64,000 nucleotides of DNA from Octopus sinensis (GCF_006345805.1 NC_043008.1:63612001-63676000); one strand, 5' to 3'; shown: positions 52,209 to 63,742, counted from the first letter of the stretch. Made by a program: numbers and translations. The notes: a model not told the origin generated them from the letters alone.

Positions 52209-52640
52209 GGGGACTCAGCTGAGAAGATAATATGGATGCCACTCGAGCTCGGAAATTAAACCGTTATGAAAACCTCCTCGAGGAATGTGAAGACGCAGGC
52301 TGGAAAGCGGAACATTTTCCTATCGAAGTTGGATGTAGAGGGTTTGTAGGACACAGCGTGAGACGACTGTTGTTATCGTTAGGCCTAACTAATCGTAAAG
52401 TCAATACCACCAGGACTGATATCCGATCAACAGTGGAGAAGGCTAGCCACTGGATTTGGTTAAAAAGAGATGATGAGCGATGGCTAGAAGTTTATTGAGT
52501 TCTTCATAACCAGCTGATCTAGCAAGCGGGGCCTCATATCAGTGAGGGGGCCGGTGCGCATTGATGCCGTCGAGAGGTAGGCCCCGAAACAGCGCGCATT
52601 CTTTCCTGATGACCCCATACACTTGCTAGCTTCCGATATA
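52209..52640 (+). mobile_element. 5'-truncated HERO-type RLE non-LTR retrotransposon (C-terminus and structured 3' UTR)
   Basis: Peptide RKLNRYENLLEECEDAGWKAEHFPIEVGCRGFVG...LG...STVEKASHWIWLKR* shows the K..Y..L...C...GW....PIEVGCRGF pattern of HERO/NeSL-group RLE elements. The 3' UTR is GC-rich. Confidence 0.8.
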
Positions 52641-52799
52641 CGGAGCTTTTAACTGGTAGCACTTGCATGTGCAAGTTGTTTGCAAGACATATGGGAGAGA
52701 GTAAATTTTAGACTTCCCATATGTTACTTCTTCGCTAATATCCTTTCCATTTTTTCTCAATCTCTATGCTTTCCACACATTTGCGATCAAATCTCATGC

Positions 52800-53175
52800 C
52801 AGTCAGCATGATGTTTACATTGACAACAATGTAAACATCATTTGATTAAGGTATCTTTGGTCTAACGAGTAGCTAGTGGATTATCCCTCATTTGGACAAT
52901 TACTCCTTCTGAAGTTTTGCTAGCAATGAAACATATGTAGCCTGGATTTTTATCTACTCCATTCCCTAACTTGGGATTTCTATTTGCATTAACAGCATAA
53001 GCTATAAGACGATTTTTTCAGCTTATCAAACTTCGATATGGAGGAAATTTACAACCTTCAACATCACTAAACAACCATTGATCCAGAAAGATGATTTTAG
53101 ACCTTCAACAGACTGCTTGAATCTTACTAACTTCCTACACTTGGATCCTTTAATCTTACCTTTACATATATTTAT
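52800..53175 (+). mobile_element. Penelope-type repeat with inactivated hammerhead (inverted twin of 52040-52205)
   Basis: GGT-CTAACGA (G5 to A)-gtagctag...gctagcaat-GAAA-CATATG-T-A-GCC at 52859-52942. A perfect 15-bp hairpin lies at 52808-52841. Confidence 0.8.
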
Positions 53176-53180
53176 ATATA

Positions 53181-53586
53181 CTCTTTTACTCTTTTACTTG
53201 TTTCAGTCATTTGACTGCGGCCATGCTGGAGCACCGCCTTTAGTCGAGAAAATTGGCCCTGGGACTTATTCTTTGTAAGCCCCGTACTTATTCTATCGGT
53301 CTCTTTTGCTGAACCGCTAAGTGACAGGGACATAAACACACCAGCATCGGTTGTCAAGCAATGCTAGGGAGACAAACACAGACACACAACACACACACAT
53401 ACATATATATATATACATATATACGACAGGCTTCTTTCAGTTTCCGTCTACCAAATCCACTCATAAGGCATTGGTCGGCCCGGGGCTATAGCAGAAGACA
53501 CTTGCCCAAGATGCCACGCAGAGGAACTGAACCTGGAACCATGTGGTTGGTAAACAAGCTACTTACCACACAGCCACTCCTGCGCC
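53181..53586 (-). mobile_element. SINE family A, full length
   Basis: Head gcgcaggagtggctgtgtggtaagtagc through tail gaaacaagtaaaagagtaaaagag. Confidence 0.9.
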
Positions 53587-53659
53587 TATATATATATATA
53601 TATATAAAGAGAGAGAAAAAGGGAGACATGCATACATACAGACAGATAGATGCTGTAGT

Positions 53660-53965
53660 CTGTGATTTTTGTCAAAGACAGGAACAAAAAACCAACGTGA
53701 AATCTTGCGTTAAACTCGGGAAGTCTGCTACAGAGACATTGAGCATGTTTCAACAAGCTTACGGAGATGAGGCAATGGGTCGTACAGAAATTTTCGAGTG
53801 GCACAGGTGCTTCAAAGGTGGCAGAACGTCCCTAGAAGATGACAAACGATCTGGAAGAACTGCAAAAAAGTGTCACCCCAAGAAATGTGGTACAGGGCAT
53901 CGAGAATTCCTCCTCCAGGGCCAGATCAGCAATTGAGTGTTTTACTGTGATATTTTGAAGCACTG
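53660..53965 (+). mobile_element. internally deleted mariner transposase fragment
   Basis: Peptide EQKTNVKSCVKLGKSATETLSMFQQAYGDEAMGRTEIFEWHRCFKGGRTSLEDDKRSGR (mariner N-terminal HTH) joined to an EF.PPGQ....FYC.IL-like piece. Confidence 0.85.
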
Positions 53966-54389
53966 CCTGTGCCCCTGTTGACTAATCTATTAAACAAATG
54001 CATAAATATATGAGTTGTAAATGATTATTTTGTAGCTAGAGAAGTATTTTAGGAGTTTAGATATGATATATTCATATCAAAATCAATTATATCGTAATAA
54101 AGATTAATAAGTTAAATTTTTCAAAGATAATTAACTATTGTATTTGTTAATTAAACTTCTGGCTAATTGCAAATAGAAATGTTATATTACAGAAATCTGT
54201 GAAAATGTACTTGAGTGATTGTAAACTTGATCAAGATAATGAATTTAAAAAATACCAAAATTACATGATTATGTTGGGTACATGGACACATGATAACTGC
54301 TTGAACTTGTCAGATGATTATTGCCTGAAATGAGACAACTGTACATTTATGGCAAGTAGTAACAGACATGGTTATTTTGTTGGGAAATT

Positions 54390-54429
<40 letters not shown>

Positions 54430-54499
54430 TGATTTGATTTTGATTTTGATTTTTCCAGTTTCAGCTAATGAGCTGTGGCCATGCTGGGGCACTGCCATT

Positions 54500-54770
54500 T
54501 GGTTTGCTACATGATTTTACCTCACGAATGCTTTTTAGCAACTGCCATTTGGTGCATGAGAGAGTTCGATGCAGCTCCCCTCATCTGCACCTCCTGCCGT
54601 GAAGTTGGTTCATCCGGGACACCTGACAGGAAGAGATCCAGTCCTACTTTAAAGACATCCGCATCTACACCATGCAGGTCCCTCAGGTTCTTCGGGAGGA
54701 TATTGAAGAGCTGTGGGCCTCTGAAGCCCAGGCTATCACAGTATCTTGTCCTACATCTTGATGGCAAATT
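54500..54770 (-). mobile_element. CR1/L2-group LINE 3' fragment
   Basis: Peptide FRGPQLFNILPKNLRDLHGVDADVFKVGLDLFLSGVPDEP; same family as 7130-7690. Confidence 0.88.
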
Positions 54771-54789
54771 TATATATGCATATATACAT

Positions 54790-55010
54790 TTTTATAATTA
54801 TAAACATAATTATAATTAGGGTTTAGCAAGATTTGCTTCACCACATACCGAAATTTAGAAATAGCAGTTAAATACTATTCTAACTACCATAAAATATCTC
54901 CCAGACACCAATATAAGTTTACCGATAATGGTTCTTCTAACATACCAAACTACTTGGTAAGATTATTAATTATAAATTGATTAATTAATTTTACCCTTTA
55001 TTATTATTGA
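54790..55010 (+). mobile_element. Penelope-type repeat, hammerhead 3' half only
   Basis: ataattataattagggtttagc...gcttcaccacatacc-GAAA-TTT-AG-AAA-T-A-gcag. Homologous to 55809-55900 and 56260-56310. Confidence 0.6.
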
Positions 55011-55023
55011 CTATATATATAAT

Positions 55024-55065
<42 letters not shown>

Positions 55066-55434
55066 AATGAAGAGTAAGGAAATTATTTTGTAATTACATA
55101 CAGCATATTATAATGACCTACACATGTTATTGTGCAACAGTTAATAGATGGTTACTGCTGTGGAAACACATGTAGGTAATTATAATATGCTGTGTATAAC
55201 TATAAAATTAATTTTGTGGATGTACAAGTTTCCATACTCTTTATTCTTATTTATATCAATATATATGCCAGACAATTTTTGCCATCCAGTGGAGAGTACA
55301 CAGAATTACCCATGAGAAGAATTCAAGGAGTGATTAACAGCCAAATGTAGACACAGACATTAGATACTGATCACCATAGTTAGCCATCAACTGGAACTTA
55401 AGTGAGAGCTACTACTGTATCCACCTGGATAATG

Positions 55435-55787
55435 GAAGCACTCCGTCGGTTATGACGATGAGGGTTCCGGTTGATCCGAATCAATGGAACAGCCTGCTCA
55501 TGAAATTAACGTGTAAGTGGCTGAGCACTCCACTCAACATAGTTCTCGGGGATATTCAGCATGACACAGAGAGTGACAAGGCCGGCCCTTTGAAATACAG
55601 GTACAACAGAAACAGGAAGTAAGAGTGAGAGAAAGTTGTGGTGAAAGAGTACAGCAGGGATCACCACCATCCCCTGCCGGAGCGTCATGGAGCTTTAGGT
55701 GTTTTCGCTCAATAAACACTCACAACGCCCGGTCTGGGAATCGAAACCGCGATCCTATGACCGTGAGTCCACTGTCGTAACCACTTT
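55435..55787 (-). mobile_element. SINE family C
   Basis: Reverse complement of the family C head and body. Confidence 0.88.
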
Positions 55788-55808
55788 TATATATATATAT
55801 ATACATAC

Positions 55809-56330
55809 AAATATTCTATAATTATAAACATAATTATAATCAGGGTTCAGCTAATAGCTTCACCATGCACCGAATTTAGAAATAAGAGTTAAAATGCCTT
55901 TTCTGCTGCCATAAAGATCTCTCAGACAATAACACACTTTTTTACATAGGCAAAATGAAAAAAATAACGAATCCACATGACTCAGATTAGTTACATACGC
56001 GTTTTGGGATTAAAGTAAAGTAATATTTACTTACTTATTTCACCTCTTCAGTGCAGCATTTCAATATATAAATTTGAGAGTGTTAGAATTAAATATGTAC
56101 ATGATCAGGCATCATCGCATAACAGATATTCAGTCAACACTTTCAAAAATATACAACCGAACGTGAACACGTCTGATGAAGGGATATATGGTGAAGCTAT
56201 TAGCTGAACCCTGATTATAATTATAGAATATTTCTATAATTTTACCTAAAAAGGTTATTTTAATGTACCAAACTACTTGGTAAAATTATTAATTATTGAC
56301 TAAATAATTTTAGCCTTTTATTGTTATATA
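55809..56330 (+). mobile_element. Penelope-type repeat with 37-bp perfect inverted repeat and split hammerhead halves
   Basis: Arms 55830-55866 and 56188-56224. ccGAAtttagaaata follows the left arm, and CTGATGAagggatat (56173-56187) precedes the right arm. Confidence 0.7.
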
Positions 56331-56343
56331 AATATATATATAT

Positions 56344-56385
<42 letters not shown>

Positions 56386-56983
56386 TACAGAACAGGCTCA
56401 CCATTTTAGTTACCATGATGTGGGTTCAAGTTGATTTGATCAATGGAACAGCCTGCTCATCAAATTAATGTGCAAGTAGCTGAGCACTCCACAGACACAT
56501 GTTCCCTGAATGTAGTTCTCTGGGAGCTTCAGTGTGACACAAAATTCGACAAGGCTGGCCCTTTGAATTGCTGATACTACTCTTTTTTGACAGCTGCATG
56601 GACTAGAGGAATGTGAAATAAAGCATCTTGCTTAAGGATACATCACACCATCCGTGAGCCAAATTCCCCTAACCACTAAAACATATGTCTTCGTTAAATA
56701 TGATGAGCCTCTCGGCAGGAAATGAAATACTGGTCTCTTGCATGACAGGCAGGTATACTTACCACTATACTACTGACCACCAGCTGCAAATATACACATA
56801 TACATATATATATATATAAATAAGGATAAGATCATTATTTAAATATCAATCTTATCAAGTGGCCATATATATACATATATATATATAAATATATAAATAT
56901 ATATATATATATATATAAGTTAACAGAATGAGATAAAAAATCCAAGGCTCTGAATAGTTTTCAGAGCAATTATAAAGAGAAGG

Positions 56984-57029
56984 TCTTACAGCTGTTTCCG
57001 GGATGTTTTATGTATCCCTTCATCAGAGA
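56984..57029 (-). ncRNA. Penelope-type hammerhead
   Basis: Minus strand TCT-CTGATGA-a-GGGAT-acataaaac-ATCCC-g-GAAA-CAGCTG-T-A-AGA. Helix III is the palindrome ACAGCTGT. There is an A.G mismatch at the base of helix II. Confidence 0.78.
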
Positions 57030-57088
57030 TAGTGTGAGAAAATGTTTAAGTAATAGTTATTATAGAGAAGATATGAAATACACAGACG

Positions 57089-57166
57089 TGAGATACACAA
57101 GGATATTGTATCTGCAGTTCCTGCTTAAATAATGGAACTGCAAATACAATATCCTCATGTATCTCA
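57089..57166. repeat. 33-bp imperfect inverted repeat with 12-nt loop
   Basis: tgagatacacaaggatattgtatctgcagttcc / ggaactgcaaatacaatatcctcatgtatctca, 3 mismatches. Confidence 0.9.
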
Positions 57167-57179
57167 GTTCTATATTCAT

Positions 57180-57440
57180 TCCTTCACTTCATTCTGTTGC
57201 ATTGCTTGAAATATGACATCTGTAGTACCTCTTCCTGGAACCAAACCAAACTGTATCTCTTCTGAGCAGCTCAGAATAAATTATTTTAGTAAATCTTCCT
57301 GGAACTTTCATGAGCTGGTCTAACAATTTGATACCTCTGGCTCAACAATTTCATATCTCTATTACCGTTTTCTTCGTTTTTGTTACTTCTTACAGAAATA
57401 ACATAATGCCAGTCATTGGTTACAACACCTTCTTGTTCTA
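57180..57440 (-). mobile_element. RTE reverse transcriptase relic
   Basis: Broken peptides RGIKLLDQLMKV and QFGLVPGRGTTDVIF match the RTE RT YRGIKLL..MK / QFGF.PGR.TTDAIF motifs. Confidence 0.8.
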
Positions 57441-58346
57441 CCTGATTAACCATTCAGTATACCTAGACTGGTACATTGATCCTGAAAGGATGAAATGCAA
57501 AGTTGATCTTGGCAGTATTTGAACTCATAGAGTGTGAGTCAGACGAAATAAAAGGTGCCATTCTACCTAATTCTTTGATGACTCTGCTAATTTGCTGATT
57601 TGTTGCTAAAGTAACTCATAAGCTTAATCAATAACATTAACACCAAATTAATCAAGAGACTAAAAGAAAATCATTAGTGTTGTGACTACATAATTTATAA
57701 AGTACTGTTAATATTAGCTATTTACTTTAAGTATATGTATGTACTATGTCAGTTACGTGATTTAACACCATCACTAGGTTTTTTTGTTTGTTCCTTCTTG
57801 AGCCACACCTGCCTCATAGGGGCCGGTTTCTCAGTTTCCTTGGCGTATAGGTTCCCCACCTTGATAGGATGCTGGTCCGTCACAGGTTAGCTACAAGATG
57901 CAGGAGGAAAGAGTGAGAGAAAGTTGTGGCGAAAGAGTCAGCAGAAGTTTGCCATTGCCTTCTGCTGGAGTCACGTAGAGCATAGGTGTTTCACTCACAA
58001 ATACACACACTGCCCAGTCTGAGATTTGAACTGACGATCCCTCGACCACTAGTCCACTGCTGTAACCACTAGGCCATGTGCCTCCATGCATCACTAGGTC
58101 CTTCGGAGTCTTTAGCAGAGTCCACTCTGCTGTAAGCTTTTGGGTTAAATCTTCAGTTTGGAGATATGTTTCTCCCTCCATCTTGTCAAATACATCTTGA
58201 AAGGGTTTCGGAGCACTACTCTTTCTTCTTGACAAATCAATAAAAAACATAATTGCACACAAACAAGAATTAACAAAATCTTCTTCCATAACCACATTCA
58301 CAATCCCAACACAGCAGATCTAAACAAATAACAGAATAAATTTTGG

Positions 58347-58477
58347 TTATCACCACATCAATACAGCAGTTCCATAGGAATCGATGTTACTACCGTTTTT
58401 AACCCCAGGCTCTCCCTGGGCTTAAAAGCAGCAGTAACATCAATTCCCACAGAACAGCCATATTGATGTGGCGATAA
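58347..58477. repeat. decayed ~130-bp palindromic element
   Basis: ttatcaccacatcaata...cccagg-ctctc-cctggg...tattgatgtggcgataa; arms of about 63 bp with transition-type mismatches. Confidence 0.85.
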
Positions 58478-58629
58478 ACATTACTTCTCAGTATAGTTAC
58501 TACTTTCATCTCTTATAGAGAATAAATTTTAATCTCCACAAAAATCTATGAAGGCCTATGGCTTAGTAGTTTGGTAGTTTAGCTTACGATCATAATGTCC
58601 TCAGTTTAATTCCTTGACTAGGCATCGCC

Positions 58630-58777
58630 CTGGTAAGTAGCTTGCTTACCAACCACATGGTTTCAGGTTCAGCCCCACTGCATGGCACCTTGGGCAAGCG
58701 TCTTCTACTATAGCCTTGGACTGACCAAAGCCTTGTGAGTGGATTTGGTAGACAGAAACTGAAAGAAGCCCATCGTA

Positions 58778-58828
<51 letters not shown>

Positions 58829-59052
58829 GTATACGTTTGTGTGTCTGTGTTTGTCCCCCAACATTGCTTGACAACCGATGCTGGTGTGTTTACATCCCCG
58901 TAACTTAGCGGTCCGGCAAAATATCCTGAAAGAATAAGTACTAGGCTTACAAGGAATAAGTCCTGGGGTCAATTTGCTTGACTAAAGGTGGTGCTCCAGC
59001 ATGGCCACTGTCAAATGACTGAAACAAGTAAAAGAGTAAAAGAGTAAAAGAA
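58630..59052 (+). mobile_element. SINE family A, near full length
   Basis: Colinear with the reverse complement of 53181-53586. Confidence 0.9.
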
Positions 59053-59104
59053 TCTATTCAGCTGAAGATTAGTACCAGTGAGTACTGATACAGAATACTC
59101 TCAA

Positions 59105-59167
<63 letters not shown>

Positions 59168-60060
59168 GCTGTCAGGCTTCAATGTTCTGCTAGGTCAAAG
59201 GGTAAGAAGGTCAAGAAGGCATCTGTGTCTGCTTATGGCTGTCCAGGTATCTAAAGCAATTTAAAAAATCATGGTGCATGTTACCAAGCCATTCTCATAA
59301 GGAGATGGCTGACTCCCTCTCCCTCTCTCTATATATATTTCCAAAATCTATATAACAGAGCATAGTAGCATTATAAATAATACCCAGGCAGCAACTGTTT
59401 CTTTTTTTTTTTTTCTCCTATAAAGAATGACAGGAAAGTTCAGTGAAGAAATCTACCATATATAAAGAACTTCATAATGAATGTACGCATTAAGATAAAA
59501 GTGCAAAACACTGAGTCTATGATTGAATGAAATGACATTCAAATTGCATGTTTATAAAACATATTTCAGTAACTTGATGCCATTAGTCTACTTAAGTTGA
59601 TGTTTATTCAATAACACTGGCAACAATAGTTGAAGCTAGACCCGATTTCAAACACTGTGGTAAGGTGTTAAAATGACTACACATTGTAATAACAGTATCA
59701 GCAATACACAGAGGAAGACAAAATCATAGAAACTAAACACTCTCTCCCTATACATTCATACATACATATATGTGCGTGTGTGTATGTATATACATACACA
59801 CATATATATATATGTACATGAATATATATGTATCTATCTATCTATCTATCTATATATATATATACACACACAAATATATACATATATATACATATATACA
59901 CACAGACATATGGCTTTTTGATTAAGAAGTTTGCTTCCCCAAATACTTTCAATCCAGTATCAATACATGTCACCAACAGCTTATGATTTTCAACTCTGGG
60001 CCGATCAAAAACTTTATAGAATATTTGTAAACAGAAACTGAAAATAGCCAGTTCTATATA

Positions 60061-60161
<101 letters not shown>

Positions 60162-60819
60162 AATACCCTCACACACACAGAGTAAGATTGACGATAGAGC
60201 AAAAGTACTTCTGTTAGAAAAGGGTTAATTTCTTGGACTGCATTACTGGACTGGAAACTGATGGCATCTAAGTGTCTGGAGGTGAAGGCAACAGAAATGT
60301 TCATGAGTGTCTATGTGTATAAAGGAGATGTATGAATTCAGGGAGTTGAGTGTCTTACTGGTTGTGTTTATGTGTGTGTGTACGTGTGTACACATGCATG
60401 TACTTGTGCATGTGAATATGTGTATGCTAGTGCCAGCAATGTGTGTGTGTATGCAAGAAAGTATTTAAGATGCATGTATGCATATGTACATCAGTATGTA
60501 CATTCTTGCATCTGTGTGTAAACGTATGAGTGCATGTGTGTATCTCTAGGAGAGCATATAAGGATGCATGCTTGTGTGTGTGTGTGTGTGTACATTTCTA
60601 TGTTTGTGCATAAACCAGTGGGTGCATGCGTGTTTGCATGAATGTGTGTTTGTCCAGGAAGACACATGTGACTGGTGTATGTACATATATGCATACACAT
60701 GCACATAGATGTATGTATATATATGCATGTGTGTATATACACAGACACACACACACACACACATGTAAATACATACAGAGATGCACTTACATTCTTTTAT
60801 TCTTTTGTTCTTTTATTCT

Positions 60820-61025
60820 TTTATCTATTTCAGTCATTTGACTGCTGGCATGCCTTTAGTCAAACAAATTGGCCCCAGGACCTATTCTTTGTAAGTCTAA
60901 TTCTATCAGTCTTTTTCACCAGACTGTTAAGTTATGAGTCCATAAACACACCAATATCAGTTGTCAAGCGATAGTGGGGGGACAAACACAGACACACAAA
61001 CACATACATATACGTATATACATAC

Positions 61026-61058
<33 letters not shown>

Positions 61059-61225
61059 CACACGATGGGCTTCTTTCAGTTTCCATCTACCAAATCCACT
61101 CACAAGGCTTTGATCGGCCCAAAGCTATAGTAGAAGACATTTGCCCAAGCTGCCACGCAGTGGGATTGAACCCAGAACCATGTGGTTGTTAAGCAAGCTT
61201 CTTACCACACAGCCACTCTTGCACC
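60820..61225 (-). mobile_element. SINE family A
   Basis: Colinear with 53181-53586. Confidence 0.85.
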
Positions 61226-61229
61226 TATG

Positions 61230-62330
61230 TTCATACTTTTGGTATTTATCTGTGTGAGTGTGACAGATGTATGCTAGTGTGGTTGCAACATCATTGCTGA
61301 GGAAGAGAAATGGGTATTGGGGTGACATTTGGTGGGGTGGTGGGAAAAGGAGAGAGAAGTGTTTGCAAAGCCATCGATGGTTGGGAACTCTGTCCTTGGT
61401 TAAAGAACAGCCAGTTTTTGGGAGTAGCTGATGTTAAGGTCATAAATCTGGGTTGTCGGGAGCCAGTGATTTGATGTTCACCAGGAGGGTGTACCTCTAG
61501 TGGCAACAATAGGATAGTTCATATTTCCTGTTGATAGCTACTGTAATTTGATGGAGGATGTACAGTCTTTCACAGAGGCAGAGTTGGTAATTGTGGGCAC
61601 TGGGTGAATAGGGTGGTGTCCTCTTGATGATGTTCTATTTGATTCTGGACATTTCATTCTAGATTTCATTAAGTCTCCATAGGAAACGAGACAAAGAATT
61701 AGAATTTCTCAATCCCTGCATCTAAGCAAGTGCATATGTTGCATGCACCTTTCTTTGTAATCATTGACTATCATGCCTATGTTGTGCCTTTTGAGGCCAT
61801 CAGATGGTGTGAGAGTGGTTCTGTAGACTATATCCCTTGAGAGACAGGATCTTCCTAGAGGGCAGTTAGTAGGAATTGGGGGATTACAGGTTGGGGTCAG
61901 AGGTTGTGCAGGTACTTACTTGCATCCGTTTTGACATGACATATTAAAAGTGATTGTTACCTCAGCAGGAGTAGCTCACCTTGACGTTATGTGAGTTGAA
62001 GAGCTTGTAGTACTTGTGGCCTATGAGTAAATGCTTGTTAATCAATGAAGGGAAGCCCCTAGCTACATTGGTGTAAACTTCTAGGCTACATGGAGGATTG
62101 AACTAGATTATCTTTCTCATTCTGGTCCTCTTCGGATGTGAGGTGGGGTTTGGTCGGGGGAGTGTTCCCCATGAACAATAACTTCTCTGTAAACCAATAC
62201 ATCATCGTAGTGGGCAGAGACATCCTCCAGATCCTGTTGTGCTCCATCCACAAACGTCTGACTAATAGTTTGCAATGGAGAGACAACTACTGCTGTATTC
62301 ATTGAAGAACATCTAAATACCACCTAGGCA
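61230..62330 (-). mobile_element. decayed Penelope-like element (RT and GIY-YIG-like remnants)
   Basis: Minus-strand RMSLPTTMMYWFTEKLL...KPHLTSEEDQ resembles the Penelope RT MGS.MSP..AN.FM...E..LL...KP..W.RY.DD region. Downstream DCTSS and G..RQ.RF...QP remnants resemble the CTS.NV.Y / GIY-YIG region. Many disruptions. Confidence 0.5.
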
Positions 62331-62978
62331 TACAAGAAAATTATAAAATGAAAATGATACAATCCAAAAGCAAAAGTTTGCTACAAAATATATTACTTCT
62401 ATGACAGTATGTCTATATGAGATATTATCTCAGAATGAATATTACAGTTAATTTTCCTTTCCGTGATGTATTTACATTAAGTATGATACAAATATGGTTA
62501 CATAACTTTTGAATAAAAGAAACAGGAAAATACTTAACACTCCTGCTCCACAAGACACAACTGGAAATATTGTATTTCATTTCTTAGACAGATATTACAC
62601 CTGTGAACAGCACCATCCACAAATATCATTATAGTACTATCTTTCTGATATATTACAATGCGTCTGTACTAGAAATTTTTTCTAAGAGAAATAAATATGA
62701 AGAAACATCTCTGATTCTGAGTGCATTAATACATTTCAACACAAGGAATATTGACAGAAGATTCCTATTAAAACTTTGGCCAAATGCAAATAGAAAGACT
62801 GGATGTAATTGTTTGGGACAAAAAATAAAATAATAATGAATTCTAGAGGAAGTCATATGCCCAGGAGACTTGAATATTTCTTTGAAATCAGTGAGAAAGA
62901 GAATATTTATGGATAATTTCTTTAAAACCCAGAGTTTCTCTATGTAGATTATAAATTTACTCTGGTATTATTCCTCAG

Positions 62979-63035
62979 ATGATGTGTAACTTTGGAAGTA
63001 GACTTCTGCTGCTATGGGTAATATCAGGAAATGTG
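62979..63035 (+). other. candidate coding exon with signal-peptide-like start (MMCNFGSRLLLLWVISGNV)
   Basis: Acceptor tattattcctcag is followed directly by ATG; donor GTG/GTATGC. No homology recognised. Confidence 0.2.
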
Positions 63036-63456
63036 GTATGCATATAATAAATATAATACAGCTTTTATTAAGTTTCTTGGTTCTTGTACAAAATGAGGAA
63101 ATGAATACTAAGTTTCAACAGAAAAATAGTTACCTTAAAAAATAAAATTAAGTAAAACAAATTTCTCATTTGTATAACTTCTCCAATAACTATTCTGTCA
63201 TATCTTCCTCCTCATCTGCCTCTACAATTCTTTCTCTCTTACTGTGTGTGTTTATGTAATGTTTCTTAAGTCATTACCTGCCACCAAGCCTAAAATGTGC
63301 ACTCATCCAGCTCATCTTGCATTAAGTATCTGAATCTCTCTCTCCTCTCCCTCTCTCTTACTCTCTCTTACCCTCTTTCTTCTTCTCTCTGTATAATGTA
63401 AGGTGTCCCTGGAGAATTCAACGAACCAACATTTATATCAACTATTATTCTACAAT

Positions 63457-63742
63457 TGGCCGAGTGGTTAGGGCAGCAGACTCACAGCTGGAGGTTTGCG
63501 GTTTCGATTCCCAGACCGGGCGTTGTGTGTGTTTATTGAGCAAAAGCACCTAAAAGCTCCACAAGGCTTCGGCAGGGGGTGGTGTCAACCTCTGTTGTAC
63601 TCTTTTGCCACAACTTTCTCTCACTCTCTCTTCCTGTTTCTTGAGTAACACTGCGATGAACTGGCATCCCGTCCAGCTGGTGGGGAACACATACGCCACA
63701 GAAACCGGGAAACCAGGCCCACAAGCCTGGCTAGACTTGAAA
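63457..63742 (+). mobile_element. SINE family C
   Basis: Head tggccgagtggttagggcagcag...ggtttcgattcccagaccgggcg. Confidence 0.85.

Noticed and set aside
52579-52616. Type II hammerhead in the HERO 3' UTR
   Set aside because: The helix II strands would be cccc against cccc, and there is no NUH triplet between GAAAC and CTGATGA.
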